Assembly: GCA_951406725.2 (NCBI GenBank) | Contig: OX597837.1 | Coordinates: 22,444,001-22,508,000, forward strand | Length of the DNA stretch: 64,000 bases | From: Octopus vulgaris | Taxonomy: Eukaryota | Direction: 5' to 3' | In this document: positions 42,229 to 55,561 of the stretch, piece after piece | Layout of the letters: every line of letters starts with the position of its first letter | Position numbering within the stretch: the first letter of the stretch is position 1 | Program-made: the position numbers and the translations under genes | The notes under the pieces: generated by a model | The model's database searches: none | Seen by the model: only the letters and a program-made list of their open reading frames with translations | What the model was told of the DNA's origin: nothing

Positions 42229-42557
42229 ATATATATACAATTGATTTCTTTCAGTTTCTCTCTACAAAATCCACTGACAAGGCTTTGGTTGGTGTGGGGC
42301 TATAGCAGAAGACACATGCCAAGTTACCACACAGTGGGACTAAACTGAGGACCATGTGTTTTGAAACCAAGTTTGTTACCACACAGCCACACATGCACCT
42401 ATGTATGTGTGTGGGGGGGTATGCGTGTATGGGTGTATATATGTATGCATGTATATATGTATATATATATGTGTGTGTACATATTACATAAACATCTACA
42501 CATACATGTATAGATATACAGCTATACATATACATATATACATATACATCTATATAT

Positions 42558-42599
<42 letters not shown>

Positions 42600-42763
42600 A
42601 TATATATATATATTATTTTCTATTTCTATTTCCATGTCTAGTTATATTTGCAATATATTATGTATAATGTCAGTGCTGTTGTGTAATGGTTTAATAAAGT
42701 ATTGATTGGGTATTATCTGATGGTTGATGATTGATTTACGTATGTTTCTCCATTTTCTCATTT

Positions 42764-42809
<46 letters not shown>

Positions 42810-42849
42810 TATACACATCCATATATATATACATGTATGTATATATATA

Positions 42850-43050
42850 TGTGTGTCTGTCTGTCTGTGTGAATCCCTAAAACTTAAGAACTACACAACC
42901 AATTTCATTCAAATTTTACACATGCCTTACTTAGGGTCCATGTAGAGCGAGCCCACGGTAATATCATATCTTCTCCACTATTTCAGTATTATGTGTTAAA
43001 AGTGAAACAAAAACATCTCTCTATTGTAATGTCACATGCTTTCACTTTCA
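42850..43050 (+). mobile_element. Partial copy of the Helitron at 44729-45764
   Basis: Near-identical to 44755-44990, with an internal deletion. Confidence 0.7.
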
Positions 43051-43437
43051 TACTGAAACTATTAAAGTAAAACTATTATATAAGAGGGATGAATCATTAA
43101 AAGTGGACATCCATTTTGCTAGAAGAAGATCCGCTATGGTCTTATATGCTACATGGTTAGGGTGTTGCACTCATGATTGCGAGATCATGGATTCGATTCC
43201 CAAACTGGGTATTGTGTTGTGTTCTTGAGCCAAGCAGTTCATTTCCCATGGCTCTGCAATCATTTCATCGTCTGACCTGTAGCTCACAGTACACCTGTAC
43301 AGGTAATGTCAATTTGATGGAGGGAGTGTATTTATGTGTACATAAACATTTGGTCACTATAAACAAATCATCTGTGTAGTTATTTGGCAAGAAATTGCCA
43401 AATCCTCATATGTCGTCTGACAATAGGAGAGTCCATG

Positions 43438-43469
<32 letters not shown>

Positions 43470-43758
43470 GTAGTTAAATATATTCGATGAGAATATTATA
43501 TACTGAATTTATATTGAGTGCTCTATTATATCAAATTATTAATACTATTAAAGTATTTATATATTTAATACGAGTGATTATATATATTTTATAATATATT
43601 TTTATTAATATCAGGAAATTAATATTAGAAAATTCTTCAAAAAGATATATACGTGTGTAAAATAATAGTTGTATTAAAAATAAAAATATATGTAAATATG
43701 TATAAGTATAAATACATAATGTATATGACAGTTTAAAAGTTTTGAATTAAGTTTTTAA

Positions 43759-43956
43759 CCCTTTAGTGTTCAGATTACTCTGTTAAATGTAATAATTTTT
43801 CACTCAAATTGTTTTGAATTAATCATACATTATCTTATAGCTTTGAGGTTTTAGAATATCAATGTAGGTTAGGTGTGAGAGGCTAGATATCGCCCATTTG
43901 AATGTAAAACATGTAGAATATCTGGGCCAGATATGGCCGGTTTAAACACTAAAGGG
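43759..43956. mobile_element. piggyBac-type MITE
   Basis: TTAA|ccctttagtgtt...aacactaaaggg|TTAA. The opposite fold-back arm preserves the empty site with a single TTAA. Confidence 0.9.
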
Positions 43957-44108
43957 TTAAAGCATCTTACGATTGTTTCACAGAAGTGCTGTCCCTATAA
44001 TGTCCCTTTAATTTTTAATTTATATTTCAAACAAACACCATTTTATAGTATTACTTCAGATTTAAAAAAAAACTACCATTTGATATATTATACAAAATTC
44101 AAATTTTA

Positions 44109-44200
44109 TATCTCTGAAGAGCAGAAGAGTTGTCTATAAATGCTTATCAATATAGGATTCCATTATAGGGACAGCATTTCTGTGAAACGATCGTAAGATG
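44109..44200 (+). ncRNA. Type I hammerhead ribozyme with canonical core
   Basis: UAUCU-CUGAAGA-GCAGAA(long loop)UUCUGU-GAAAC-GAUC-GUA-AGAUG. Stems I and II pair, stem III is palindromic (ACGAUCGU) and the cleavage triplet is GUA. Confidence 0.8.
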
Positions 44201-44493
44201 CTTTAAAAACTTAATTCAAAATTTTTAAACTATCATATACATTATATATTTATACTTATACATATTTACATATATTTTTTATATATATTTATATTCGTAA
44301 TGCAACAATTATTTTACACACGTATATATCTTTCTGAAGAATTTTCTAATATTGATTTCCTGATATTAATAATAATAATATTAATAATAACGGGTCATTT
44401 GGAGTTTTCTATCCTCAGTCGAGTTCCAGATTATCTTTGCAATTTCGGCTGGTTATATATACACACACACACAAACACACACACACAAACACA

Positions 44494-44543
<50 letters not shown>

Positions 44544-44643
44544 GATACACACATGGATGCAAAAAACACATGCATTATATTATCTCTCTCTCTCTCACAC
44601 ACACATGCCATACTCTCTTTTCCTCTCTCTCTCAGTCACACAA

Positions 44644-44705
<62 letters not shown>

Positions 44706-44728
44706 GTATACATATATGTATATATATA

Positions 44729-45763
44729 CCTTTATATATATAAAACTGAGAATGTGTGTCTGTCTATCTGTCTGTGTGTTTCCCTAAAACTTGAGAACAA
44801 CACAACCAATTTCATTCAAATTTTACACATGCCTTACTTAGGGTCCATGTAGTTTCATGGGCCAAAAAAAATGTTCAGCTTTTTGCCTTGAGCGAGCCCA
44901 TAGCAATATCATATCTTCGCCACTATTTCAGTATTACGTGTTAAAAGTGAAACAAAAATATTTCTCTATTTTATGTCAGATGCTTTCACTTTAACAATAA
45001 AAATAATAATAACAATTGAATTATATGTAGTAAGTAATAATTAAAATCAAACTAAAGTATAATATAATCGTAACATAACAAAAGTAAAAATAGCAATTGG
45101 TATAAAATTGCATCAATGATTTGAACTTGAATAAGTGGTTTCACATGAATGGGAATAAATTAAAAATAAAATTAGCGTGCAGAAATGGAATAGTCCAGAT
45201 GGATAATAAAAAATTAAATTAAAGAAAAGACTATTGTCTATAAAGTTTACAATGTAGAGAAAAAAGATTTTAACACATGGAGGAAAGCACCTTCGAAAAG
45301 TGTCTTGGTGTGACTATGAAAGATATCTAATCAGAGGCGGTAAATTCTCCACAATAGAAGCAAGGTTCAAGTCAACGGAACGTGCAAGGGAGTACTCGAC
45401 TCAAACTTGCAAAGTGGAAATATTTTATTCTTACCTTTATATCTGGGATGTAGGGTGTCCCGGAAAAAAATTAAAAATACCCCCCTCCCCGAAGTAGAGG
45501 TAGGCTGGATTGTAGCCACACTTCTATACAAGAGGGAGGACAAGATACAATTGATCGAAATTACAAGAGACGGACTAACAATTCCAGTCTGTAATATATT
45601 TTGAGTATTGTTATCACTAGCGATATCAAGATATAACTTTGTATTTTGCATTTTATGTGTAGATGTATATATATAGATGTACATGTAATATGTACACATA
45701 TATATATACACGTATATACATGCACTAGCACTATGACCCGGCAACAACGGGTCTTTAATGCTA

Positions 45764-45764
<1 letters not shown>
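44729..45764 (+). mobile_element. Non-autonomous Helitron
   Basis: 5' (C)CTTTATATATATAAAA start like that at 55562. 3' hairpin gacccg-gcaacaa-cgggtc, followed 7 nt later by CTAG|T. Confidence 0.75.
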
Positions 45765-45851
<87 letters not shown>

Positions 45852-45868
45852 AAACGATGATGATGATG

Positions 45869-45919
<51 letters not shown>

Positions 45920-46089
45920 TAATTGTTATCGCCATATTAATATGGCAGTCTTATAGATATAAGACTAAAAGCTGTCGCTGATTAGCTCCATGAGGCCATC
46001 GCTTTAAGATAGCTATTTCCAGTAATGCTGCCGTAATCTCTTTTAGAGAGACTTAGTAATTTTAATATTTCTATTATATATATATATAT

Positions 46090-46330
46090 CGCCATGTTGA
46101 TTCGCTAGCTTTTGCACGCATATTTTTTTCTCTCCTTCTTTCTGTGTTTTTTTTCTCTGTGTATCTTTCTGTTGAAGAGCGTAGGCTCGAAACGTTAAAG
46201 ACTTGTTTTATTTATATTTCCTGAGCGCCATACTAATACAATTGTTTGTCTGTATTCCACCTGCCTTCGTCTTTTGTTTATTTCCGTAAACCTGCCTTTG
46301 TCTTTTGTCTATTTTCATAAAGCTTACCGT
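46090..46330 (+). mobile_element. Solo Penelope-like pLTR in (TA)n with a variant hammerhead
   Basis: UCUUU-CUGUUGA-A-GAGC(GUAG)GCUC-GAAAC-GUU-AAAGA at 46164-46201. Homologous to the pLTR at 17000-17203. Confidence 0.7.
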
Positions 46331-46345
46331 TATATATATATATAT

Positions 46346-46820
46346 AACTTATAAATAAGGGCAAACGAAAAAAATTCTAATGCCAAATATTCCGAAAATT
46401 GGACATATCGTCCATTTACTATATAATTTTTTTCAGTACGCACACTACTCGAAAAAGGTCAACAGAAATCTCTAAAAAATTCCATTATTACCATATCGGA
46501 CCGATTTCAGGGTTAGTTCCTTTGCCACATGTATCACTGACGAAGGGAGGGTTCTTTTTGAACTAACCCTGAAATCGGTCCGATATGGTAATAATGGAAT
46601 TTTTTAGAGATTTCTGTCAACCTTTTTCGAGTAGCGTGCGTACTGGGAAAAAAATTATATGGTAAATGGACATTATGTCGAATTTTCGGCATATTTGGCA
46701 TTAGAATTTTTTTCGTTTGCCCCTATTTATAAGTTGTTTACAATTTAACCTTTAAAGGTATTTTTTAATATGCTGGCCATTGATAAAATTTGTTTTCGAA
46801 AAAATTTTATCCTACATTAG
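46346..46820 (+). mobile_element. Asymmetric fold-back with a central hammerhead
   Basis: Arms at 46346-46519 and 46560-46735. UAUC-A-CUGACGA-AGGG...CCCU-GAAAU-CG-GUC-C-GAUA at 46532-46585. TA flanks. Confidence 0.8.
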
Positions 46821-46834
46821 ATATATATATATTC

Positions 46835-47214
46835 CGTGCTTTGGGGACGTAACAAACACCATCCGATCGTGGCCGTCCGCCAACCTCATCTGGCACCTGT
46901 GTCGGTGGCACATAAAAACACCATCCGAGCGTGGCCGTCTGCCAGCCTCGTCTGGCACCTGTGTCGGTGGCACATAAAAACACCATCCGAGCGTGGCCGT
47001 TTGCCAGCCTCGTCTGGCACCTGTGTCGGTGGCACATAAAATCACCCACTACACTCTCGGAGTGGTTGGCGTTAGGAAGGGCATCCAGCTGTAGAAACAC
47101 TGCCAGATCTGACTGGCCTGGTGCAGCCTTCGGGCTCCCCAGACCCCAGTTGAACCGTCCAACCCATGCTAGCATGGAAAACGGACGCTAAATGATGATG
47201 ATGATGATGATGAT
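46835..47214 (+). mobile_element. SINE family B with three ~62-bp subrepeats
   Basis: Three ggcacataaaaacaccatccg units, then the family B tail and (gat)n. Confidence 0.9.
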
Positions 47215-48302
47215 ATATGGCTGTGTGGTTAGGGAGCTTGCTTCCTAGCTACATGGTTTCGGGTTCAGTCCCACTGCGTGGCACTTTGGGTAGGTGTCTT
47301 CCACTATAGCCCCGAGCCGACCGAAACTTTGTGATTGAATTCAGTAGTTGGAAGTTACTGCCGTGTGTGTATATGTGTGTGTATATGTGCTTGTGCCTCT
47401 CCGAAAAAGAGAGAGGGATATCTGTAAACATACATGTGACAAGTATTCGGTAGCCATGATAAAACTACGAGTTTTGGATGTTGGGGCAGAAACCCACCTG
47501 GGATCTCTTCAGTTATTGGGCCATCGGAAAAAAATGCTATGAAAAAAAACCATTAAACAAAGGGAAATTACTGTGTGATTGACCATTATTAAGACAAAAG
47601 AGATATTAGAATGACCACTAAGTAAGGGTGGGGAGTAAAGATAAGGGAGTAAAAATGTTCATAGTAATTGTGTAAGTGCATGTGAATATACATACACTTG
47701 CGTGCCTGCACACCCACACACACATGTGCATATATGTATATAATCATCCACCCTCACTTGAAACACACACATGCTCACCCACACATTCACCAAAAAAGAA
47801 ATAAAAATATATACATACCTGCATACATGCTTGTGCGCACACACACACACACACACGTGCACAAAAAAGGTTCACACACATCTATATATGCACTTGCATA
47901 AGAAAAAAACAGGGCTAAAAAGCAAAATACAGAAAAAATTGTAAAAAATAAGCAATAAGAAAAAAAAGTAAAGGTGTTATTATTTTCATGTCGAACGCGT
48001 ATGAGCGAAAATCCCTCCCTCCCTACTAACAGATCTAAATAACTAAGTGAAAAATCTACAGTCAGAGAGTAAATTTTACTACTATCATGTTCTTAGGAAT
48101 CAAATCAACCTCTGTGTCTGTATATCTAACCTCTTATGGCAAATTAAATGGAAATAAGAATATGTATTGTCCCTTTGATGGAAGACTTCTATAAATGGCT
48201 GAAGATTGTTCAACATTTTAAAACTGATGTAATACTTACAATGTTTAATAAAATGAAGTAGCATGAAACGATTATAGCAAATTACCTAAGATATACTTGT
48301 TG

Positions 48303-48346
<44 letters not shown>

Positions 48347-48348
<2 letters not shown>

Positions 48349-49148
48349 TCATATATAAATAGTTCATAGGTGAGAATCAGATATTCTCCATAAAGAATAC
48401 ACTTAGTAGTGCTCAAGGGATTTAAACTTGGGATTTAAGTAAATGTAGGGATAAGCAAGTTAGACAGATTAATATATAAAGTACATTAAATACATGAAAT
48501 AAAAAAATGTATATATGTTTCCATACAAAAATGGTCCAACGTACACTGAATAGAACTGATATGGAGAATTAAAAGGGTTGAAGAAATACAAATAATTTGT
48601 ATTACTTTTCTTCAACCCTTTTAATTCTCCATAACAGTTGTATTCTGTGTAAGTTGGACCCTTTTTGGTATACTCTTTTACTCTTTTACTTGTTTCAGTC
48701 ATTTGACTGCAGCCATGCTGGAGCACCGGCTTTAGTCGAGCAAATCAACCCCAGGACTTATTCTTTGTAAGCCTAGTGCTTATTCTATCGGTCTCTTTTG
48801 CTGAACCGCTAAGTTACAGGAACATAAACACACCAGCATCGGTTGTCAAACGATGTTGGTGGAGACAAACACAGACACACAAACACACACACACATTTAT
48901 ATACATATACATATATACATATATAGTTTCCATCTACCAAATCCACTCACAAGGGTTTGGTCAGCCTGAGGCTATAGTAGAAGACACTTGCCCAAGGTGC
49001 CATGCAGTGGGACTGAACCCGGAACCATGTGGTTGGTAAGCAAGCTATTTACCACACAGCCACTCCTCTACATAAACATATATACATTTTTTATTTTGTG
49101 TATTTAATATACTTTATATATTAATCTGTCTAACATACTTATCCCTGC

Positions 49149-49153
<5 letters not shown>
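48347..49153. repeat. Fold-back element in (TA)n interrupted by a SINE A
   Basis: ~48440-48595 is the reverse complement of ~48607-48672 plus 49069-49153. A SINE A (-) occupies ~48672-49067. Confidence 0.75.
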
Positions 49154-49179
<26 letters not shown>

Positions 49180-49180
49180 C

Positions 49181-49610
49181 CACCTTGATCACCTTGACCA
49201 ACCAGTCCGTCAGGCATCCATTTGACACCGCTGGTCACAGCACGCTGTCCACTCCTCTCTGGATCGTGTCTTTCTCATCCACGTGATCCCAATCATCCTC
49301 CTGAAATTGTAACTCCACCATCATGGAGGCCTTCTGGGTGGTCGCTTCCGCTCACACGGGTACCACTCGACAACTGCGCTGGTCCACCGATTATCAGTGA
49401 GCCGGGTGTCGTGTCCAGCCCATCTAAACTTGCTGCGTGTATACTCTGCGATGACATCTCTCACATCGGACTTCTTTCTGATGATCTCGCTACTGATGTG
49501 CTCTCTCAACGAGATACCAAGCATTGACCTTTCCATGGCTCTTTGAGCCGTTACCAGCCTCTGCTCTTCTCTCTTTGTGGTAGCCCATGTTTCACCATAT
49601 AACATTGCAT
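49181..49610 (-). pseudogene. RTE-type LINE 3' fragment
   Basis: MLYGETWATTKREEQRLVTAQRAMERSMLGISLREHISSEIIRK...KFRWAGH..R..DNRWT..V.EW.P...KRP.RRPP is a typical RTE post-RT region. Short tandem tail (tcaaggtga). Confidence 0.88.
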
Positions 49611-49634
49611 ATATATATGTATATATAATAGTAA

Positions 49635-50070
49635 GTTTAAATTTTGATACAAGGTCAGCAATTTCGGAAGAGGGCATGATCAGTTATGTCAACCCCAGTG
49701 CTGGACTTATTTCATTGACTCCGAAAGGATGAAAAGTGAAGTGAACCACAGTGGAAGTTGAACTCAGAACGTAAAGACAAACGAAATGTCACTAAGCATT
49801 TTACCCTGCATGTTAATGATTCTCCCTGCTCACTGCCTTATATATTATAATAATAATGATTTCAAATTTTGACACAAGGCCAGCAATTTCAGGGAGGGTG
49901 TAAATCAATTATATTGGCCTCAGTACTCAACTGGTATTTATTTTATTGATCCTGAAAGGATGACAGGTAAAGTTGACCTTGGCAGAATTTGAACTCAAAA
50001 TGTGAAGACATGAAATACCACTAAGTATTTTGCCTGGCATGCTAATGATTTCGCCAGTTTGCCACCTTAT
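49635..50070 (-). mobile_element. Two tandem SINE family C copies
   Basis: Reverse complement of ggcgagctggcagaatcgttagca...gagttcaaattccgccgaggtcgactttgcctttcatcc, present twice. Confidence 0.75.
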
Positions 50071-51119
50071 ATATAATAACAATAATAATAACAATAATAA
50101 TGTCTGCATGCCAGACATCTATTACCTAACAATTTTTTTGTATTCATATTTCTTCTAAGTTGAAAGATGCTCCATGTCTATAACCATACTATTGGATTAC
50201 CCTGGGAAATGGAATTAACAGGTGGTAGCTGACAGCAAGAAGCATAGGAGCTTCTAAGAGCACATTCCAAACTCAACAGATCATCACCATCATTGTTGTC
50301 ATCATCATCACCATCACACATCATCATCATCACCATCATCATCATCATTACCATCATCATCATCATCATCATCATCCTTTAATGTTTGTTTTCCATGCTG
50401 ACATCCTTGGACAGCTTGACCAGAGCTGGCAAGCCAGAGAGATGCACCAGGTTCCTGTCTGATTTGGCTTGGTTGGATGCCCTTCCTAATACCAACCACT
50501 TTACAGGTGTGCCGGATGCTTTTTACATGGCACCAGCACAGGTGCTGTTATGTAGCACCAGCATACGTGCTTTTTATATGGCACTAGCACAGGACTCTCG
50601 CAGACCAATCCTCTTCAACAGAGGGTATGGCCTTAACACCTCTGCTTTGAAGGAAAGGTTGTTTTTATGTGTAACAAGACACCAGGTATCTGGGCCTTTT
50701 TTCATCTCCTCAAAAAGGTCCAGTGTTCTGAGGCCAGAAATAAATGTATGTATGTACAGGCATTACACGATAACACCATTGATTAATCTTCATGCAATGG
50801 CCATACTCGATAACGAGGGGGCAGCCATCATGTATGTATGTATGTATGTATGTATCTATCTATCTATCTTTCTATCTATCAATCATGCATTCAAAATTTA
50901 GAATTTAATCATTTTCCCAAATTGCAATCATTTTCATGAATCACAGAAGCTACTAGGATAACAGATTTGAAACCCTCAACCATTATGAAAAATTTCTTTG
51001 GTGCAACAATTTTGTTTCTGCACAACACCATAGCAATACAAGAGCATTTTGCATCTTTATTGATAAATATTCAGAACAAATGCTAGAAATTTGAAGCAGC
51101 TTTATATATATATACATAC

Positions 51120-51181
<62 letters not shown>

Positions 51182-51524
51182 TGTTACATAGGAGCAATCT
51201 TCTCTCTCTTTAAAAAAATTCTTCCCCACCTCCACTTATTAGCAATATCTTTTTTTCCGGTGTCTTATACATCCACCCAAAAAAACTGGAAATTATTTCT
51301 GCACCACAGATTCTTTTAGATTCTTTTAATTTGCCAAATCTCCAGTGGGAAAGTCTGGTTGTTAACTGCTTCCATCATACCCATAGAATTGCTCTACATT
51401 TGCCATTCCATTTCGCAGACAAATGAAATAAGTTAGAATGAAGAAACCAAGAAAAATTTACATAAATAATATTTATGTCACATAGTCACATTGATATTAT
51501 GTCTCTCTCTCCATACATACGTAC

Positions 51525-51619
<95 letters not shown>

Positions 51620-51667
51620 TACACACACATACATACATATACATACATGGATGCTTATATATATATA

Positions 51668-52545
51668 CAGGGGATGGACAAAATAATGGAAACACCTAGC
51701 ATCATACCATCATAATTTTGAAATATTTATAAAACTGTCAAAAGCTTGTATATTTTTCTGTTTTTTGATTTATTATTAGTGTTGCTAAATATGTTTTGCT
51801 AAAATCGCTGTTTCTTTTCAGATATCATCAGAAAATTTTAATTAAGACTCATTAAAATGACAGATCTATTAGACTTTCAAAGAGGTCAAATTGTTGGTGC
51901 TCATATGGCAGGTGCTAGCATAATGAAAACAGTCGAAATGTTTGGTGTATCAAGAAGTACTGTCTTGAATGTAATGACAGCCTTTGAGAAAGAGGGAAAA
52001 ACCTCCTTGTTGAAACAAAACTCCGGAAGAAAACCAAAACTTTCAGATAGGGACCATTGGACTCTTACATGAATTGTTAGAAAGGATCACAAAAGTACAG
52101 CTCCCAAAATTACTGCAGAGTGTAATGACCACCTCGAGAACCCAGTTTCCACAAAAACTGTTAGCCAGGAGCTGCACAAAGCCAGATTCCATGGGAGGAC
52201 TGCAATCAGAAAACTACTACTTTCAAAAATAAACGTTGCAAAACATTTAGAGTGGAGTAAAAACCTACAGAATTGGCTCCTAGAACAGTGGAAGAATGTT
52301 ATTTTCTCGGACAAGTCATCCTTTACCTTATTTCTGACCACTGGTCAAGTATACGTGTGAAGACAGCCAAAAGAAGCATTTGATCCAGACTGCTTTCTTC
52401 CAACTGTTATACATGGAGGAGGATCTGTGATGACCTGGGGTGCTATATCTTGGAAATCCACTGGCCCAGTAGTTTCCCTTCATGGCAGAAATAATAGTCA
52501 TGACTATTTAAGCATTTTATCTGATCAAATTCATCCTATGATTGC
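51668..52545 (+). pseudogene. Tc1-family transposon, 3'-truncated, with a pseudogenised transposase
   Basis: TA|CAGGGGATGGACAAAATAATGGAAACAC TIR. The frame from 51857 reads DFQRGQIVG..GVSRSTV..SGRKPKLSDRD..WKNVIFSDKSSF..HGGGSVMTWGAIS, with in-frame TGA stops at 52070 and 52358. Confidence 0.93.
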
Positions 52546-53199
52546 TGGTGGTAGTGGGAGTAATACTGAAAGAGAGAGAAAGAGTGGGTATGTGAAAGAA
52601 AGAGGGAGATGATGTACAACTTTGTTTAACCATGTCTCTTCGACAGAAATTCCTCTCACCAACATACTGAACATTATCATTTTTGTTATATTTTTTGCCC
52701 CTCTACGTAACTGGTACTAATTTTATTGACTCCGAAAGGATGAAAGGCAAAGTCAGTCTCAGCAGAATTCAAACTCAAAACTAACAGCAGACGAAATACT
52801 GCTAAGCATTTCGCCCAGCATGCTAATGATTCTGCCAGCTCGCTGCCTTAATATAATATAATGATATAATATAATAAATGTGAATGTCAGTGTATCAGTG
52901 TGTCACACTTTTTCAACTTTACTCCTAAGGGCTGTAGCCCAACTTACCCAGATCTGCAATCCTGAAATTTTGGATTCCCAACTTTTAATTACTGTGATTG
53001 TTTACAGTGATTTTTTTGCATGACTTTTTGCAACAAATTTTCTTTGTATGATAACAATTTTCATAATCTAAAGGCAAACTCTGTGAGTAAATTAAAAATA
53101 TTCCAGGCTGAATCTGGACCTGCAATCCTGAAATTTTGGATTCCTATGTTTTCATTACTGCAATTGTTTTCAGTGATATTTTTACATGATTTTTTGCGA

Positions 53200-53283
53200 T
53201 GAATATGATCATCATTGGGATATGACCCTGGAGGAAGCAATTGCAACAAATTCTTCAAAACAAGTCAGAGATCTGTTTGCAGA
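53200..53283 (+). pseudogene. Helitron Rep/helicase fragment
   Basis: YDHHWDMTLEEAIATNSSKQVRDLFA resembles the RepHel motif DDxHWxxTLEEAxxxxSxxQLRxLFA. Confidence 0.55.
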
Positions 53284-53424
53284 TCTTCCTATTCAGGATC
53301 AGTTGCTTATAAAATGCATAACTACATTTCTTCAGCGCTTTACAAGCTGTTTTCAAATGCTACTCAAATGCACTAAGCTGCTAGCCTTGTGCCATCATTA
53401 CAAAGAGTTATGGCTATTATCATT

Positions 53425-54180
53425 AAGATGACAAGCTGGTAGAATCGGTTGCACAACAGGCAAAATGCTTTGTGGCAGTCTGTCTGTCATTATGTTCTGA
53501 GTTATGACGGTCGACTTTGTCATTCATCCTTTTGAGGTCAATGAAATAAGTACTTATTATGCACTGGGGTCGATGTAATCAGCTAGTTCCTCCCCACCAA
53601 ATTTCAGGCCTTGTGTCTATAGCAGGAAGGTTTATTAAGGTGGCGGGCTGGCAGAGTTGTTAGCATGCTGGATAAAATGCTTTGCTGTGTCTCATCTGTC
53701 TTTGCATTCTGAGTTCAAATTCCGCTGAGGCCGACTTTGCCTTTCATCATTTTGGGGTCAATAAAATAAGTACCAGCCAAACACTTAGATTGGTGTAATT
53801 GGTTTCCCCCTCCCCTCAAAAACTACTGGTCCTATACTAAAATTTGAAACTATTATTATAATTATCTATTTCTTTATTACCCACAAGGGGCTAAACATAG
53901 AGGGGACAAACAAGGACAGACATAGGTATTAAGTCGATTACATCGACCCCAGTGCGTAGCTGGTACTTATTTAATCGACCCCGAAAGGATGAAAGGCAAA
54001 GTCGACCTCGGCGGAATTTGAACTCACAACGTAACGGCAGACGAAATACTGCTAAGCATTGCACCCGGTGTGCTCTTTGCTGCGTTTCATCTGTCTTTGC
54101 ATTCTGAGTTCAAATTCCACTGAGGCCGACTTTGCCTTTCATCATTGCGCCCGGTGTGCTAACGTTTCTGCCAGCTCGCC
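53425..54180. mobile_element. Cluster of SINE family C copies in both orientations
   Basis: + strand copies at ~53425-53635 and 53637-53850, a minus copy at 53868-54061. Others at 14048-14270, 52710-52850(-), 58960-59400 and 60170-60384(-). Confidence 0.8.
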
Positions 54181-54263
54181 TATTATTATAATTATCACTG
54201 TCACTGGACCTCCCCCTATTGTTACTTATATTTCGTTGTTATCCTGCTTTTGTACATAGATAC

Positions 54264-54437
54264 AGGAGTGGCTGTGTGGTAAGTAGCTTGCTAACCAACC
54301 ACGTGGTTCTGGGTTCAGTCCCACTGCGTGGCCTCCTGGGCAAGTGTCTTCTGCTATAGCCCCAGGCTGACCAATGCCTTGTGAGTGGATTTGGTAGACG
54401 GAAACTGAAAGAAGCCTGTCGTATATATGTGTGTATG

Positions 54438-54472
<35 letters not shown>

Positions 54473-54690
54473 GTGTGTGTGTTTGTATGTCTGTTTGTCC
54501 CCTTAGCATTGCTTGACAACCGATGCTGGTGTGTTTACGTCCCCGTCACTTAGCAGTTCGGCAAAAGAGACCGATAGAATAAGTACTGGGCTTACAAAGA
54601 ATAAGTCCCGGGGTCGATTTGCTCAACTAAAGGCGGTGCTCCAGCATGGCCACAGTCAAATGACTGAAACAAGTAAAAGAGTAAAAGAGT
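54264..54690 (+). mobile_element. SINE family A, full-length copy
   Basis: Complete consensus-like copy. Confidence 0.92.
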
Positions 54691-55108
54691 TAAGAGTAGA
54701 CTTTTTTCAAACGGACAAAACCTTTGTAACTTTCGTCCTGTGTTTTGTCCCTTTATGTTTTAATTGAGTTTTGTTAGCCCTTGTGGCCAATAAACGAATG
54801 AATTAATTATAATTATCACTGTTGGTGGCAGCAGCAGCAGCAGTGGCATTATTGTTGTTATTGTTGTTGTTGTCTATTTCAGTGGATTGATGACAGCAAC
54901 AGAACCTGCCTGAATAAAACAGATTTGACATGCTAATGATGTTTGACATTTCACTGATCTGAATTCATTTCATGCTTTGATAACTTCTAAGTTGTTGTAT
55001 CTGCTGTCTTTGTAAACAAACTTAAACTGATATATAACAAAGAAAATAAACACAAGTAAATATAAATACCAGTATGCATATGTATGGGTATATACATATT
55101 TATAATTT

Positions 55109-55163
<55 letters not shown>

Positions 55164-55561
55164 CATGCATGTACACACACACATACACACATACATATAA
55201 ATATATATGTATATATAATAATATGAATAGTATATAAATATATGCATACATACATAAATATATGTACATACCTACATATATATGTATATATACATGCATA
55301 TATGGGCACAGGACATCAAAAAAACGTAGACAGAATGAGAAACAAGAACATAAAAAACAAAAACATAGAAAACGAACTTTTCTTCGAATAATGGAAAAAA
55401 CAAACAGGGTAACAAGATATGCAACATAAAGAATATTCCTTTCATCAGTTATTCTCTGTTTTATCTACTCTGCGTTTCGAAGGTAAGGACAAGATGCAAC
55501 TTCATTAAAACAGTCCTTCCCGCAAAGCAAATTAAATAAAATTTGGGATTTTTTACGATTA

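Larger units (their letters stand above)
43470..44456 (+). mobile_element. Asymmetric fold-back (PLE pLTR-like) with an intact hammerhead
   Basis: 43602-44002, excluding the MITE, is the reverse complement of 44161-44373. TA-rich repeat flanks. Confidence 0.75.

Noticed and set aside
55430-55515. Minus-strand GAAAC...GUA...CUGAUGA arrangement suggesting a permuted hammerhead
   Set aside because: Stem I does not pair and the stem II closing pair is mismatched. At most a decayed pLTR.
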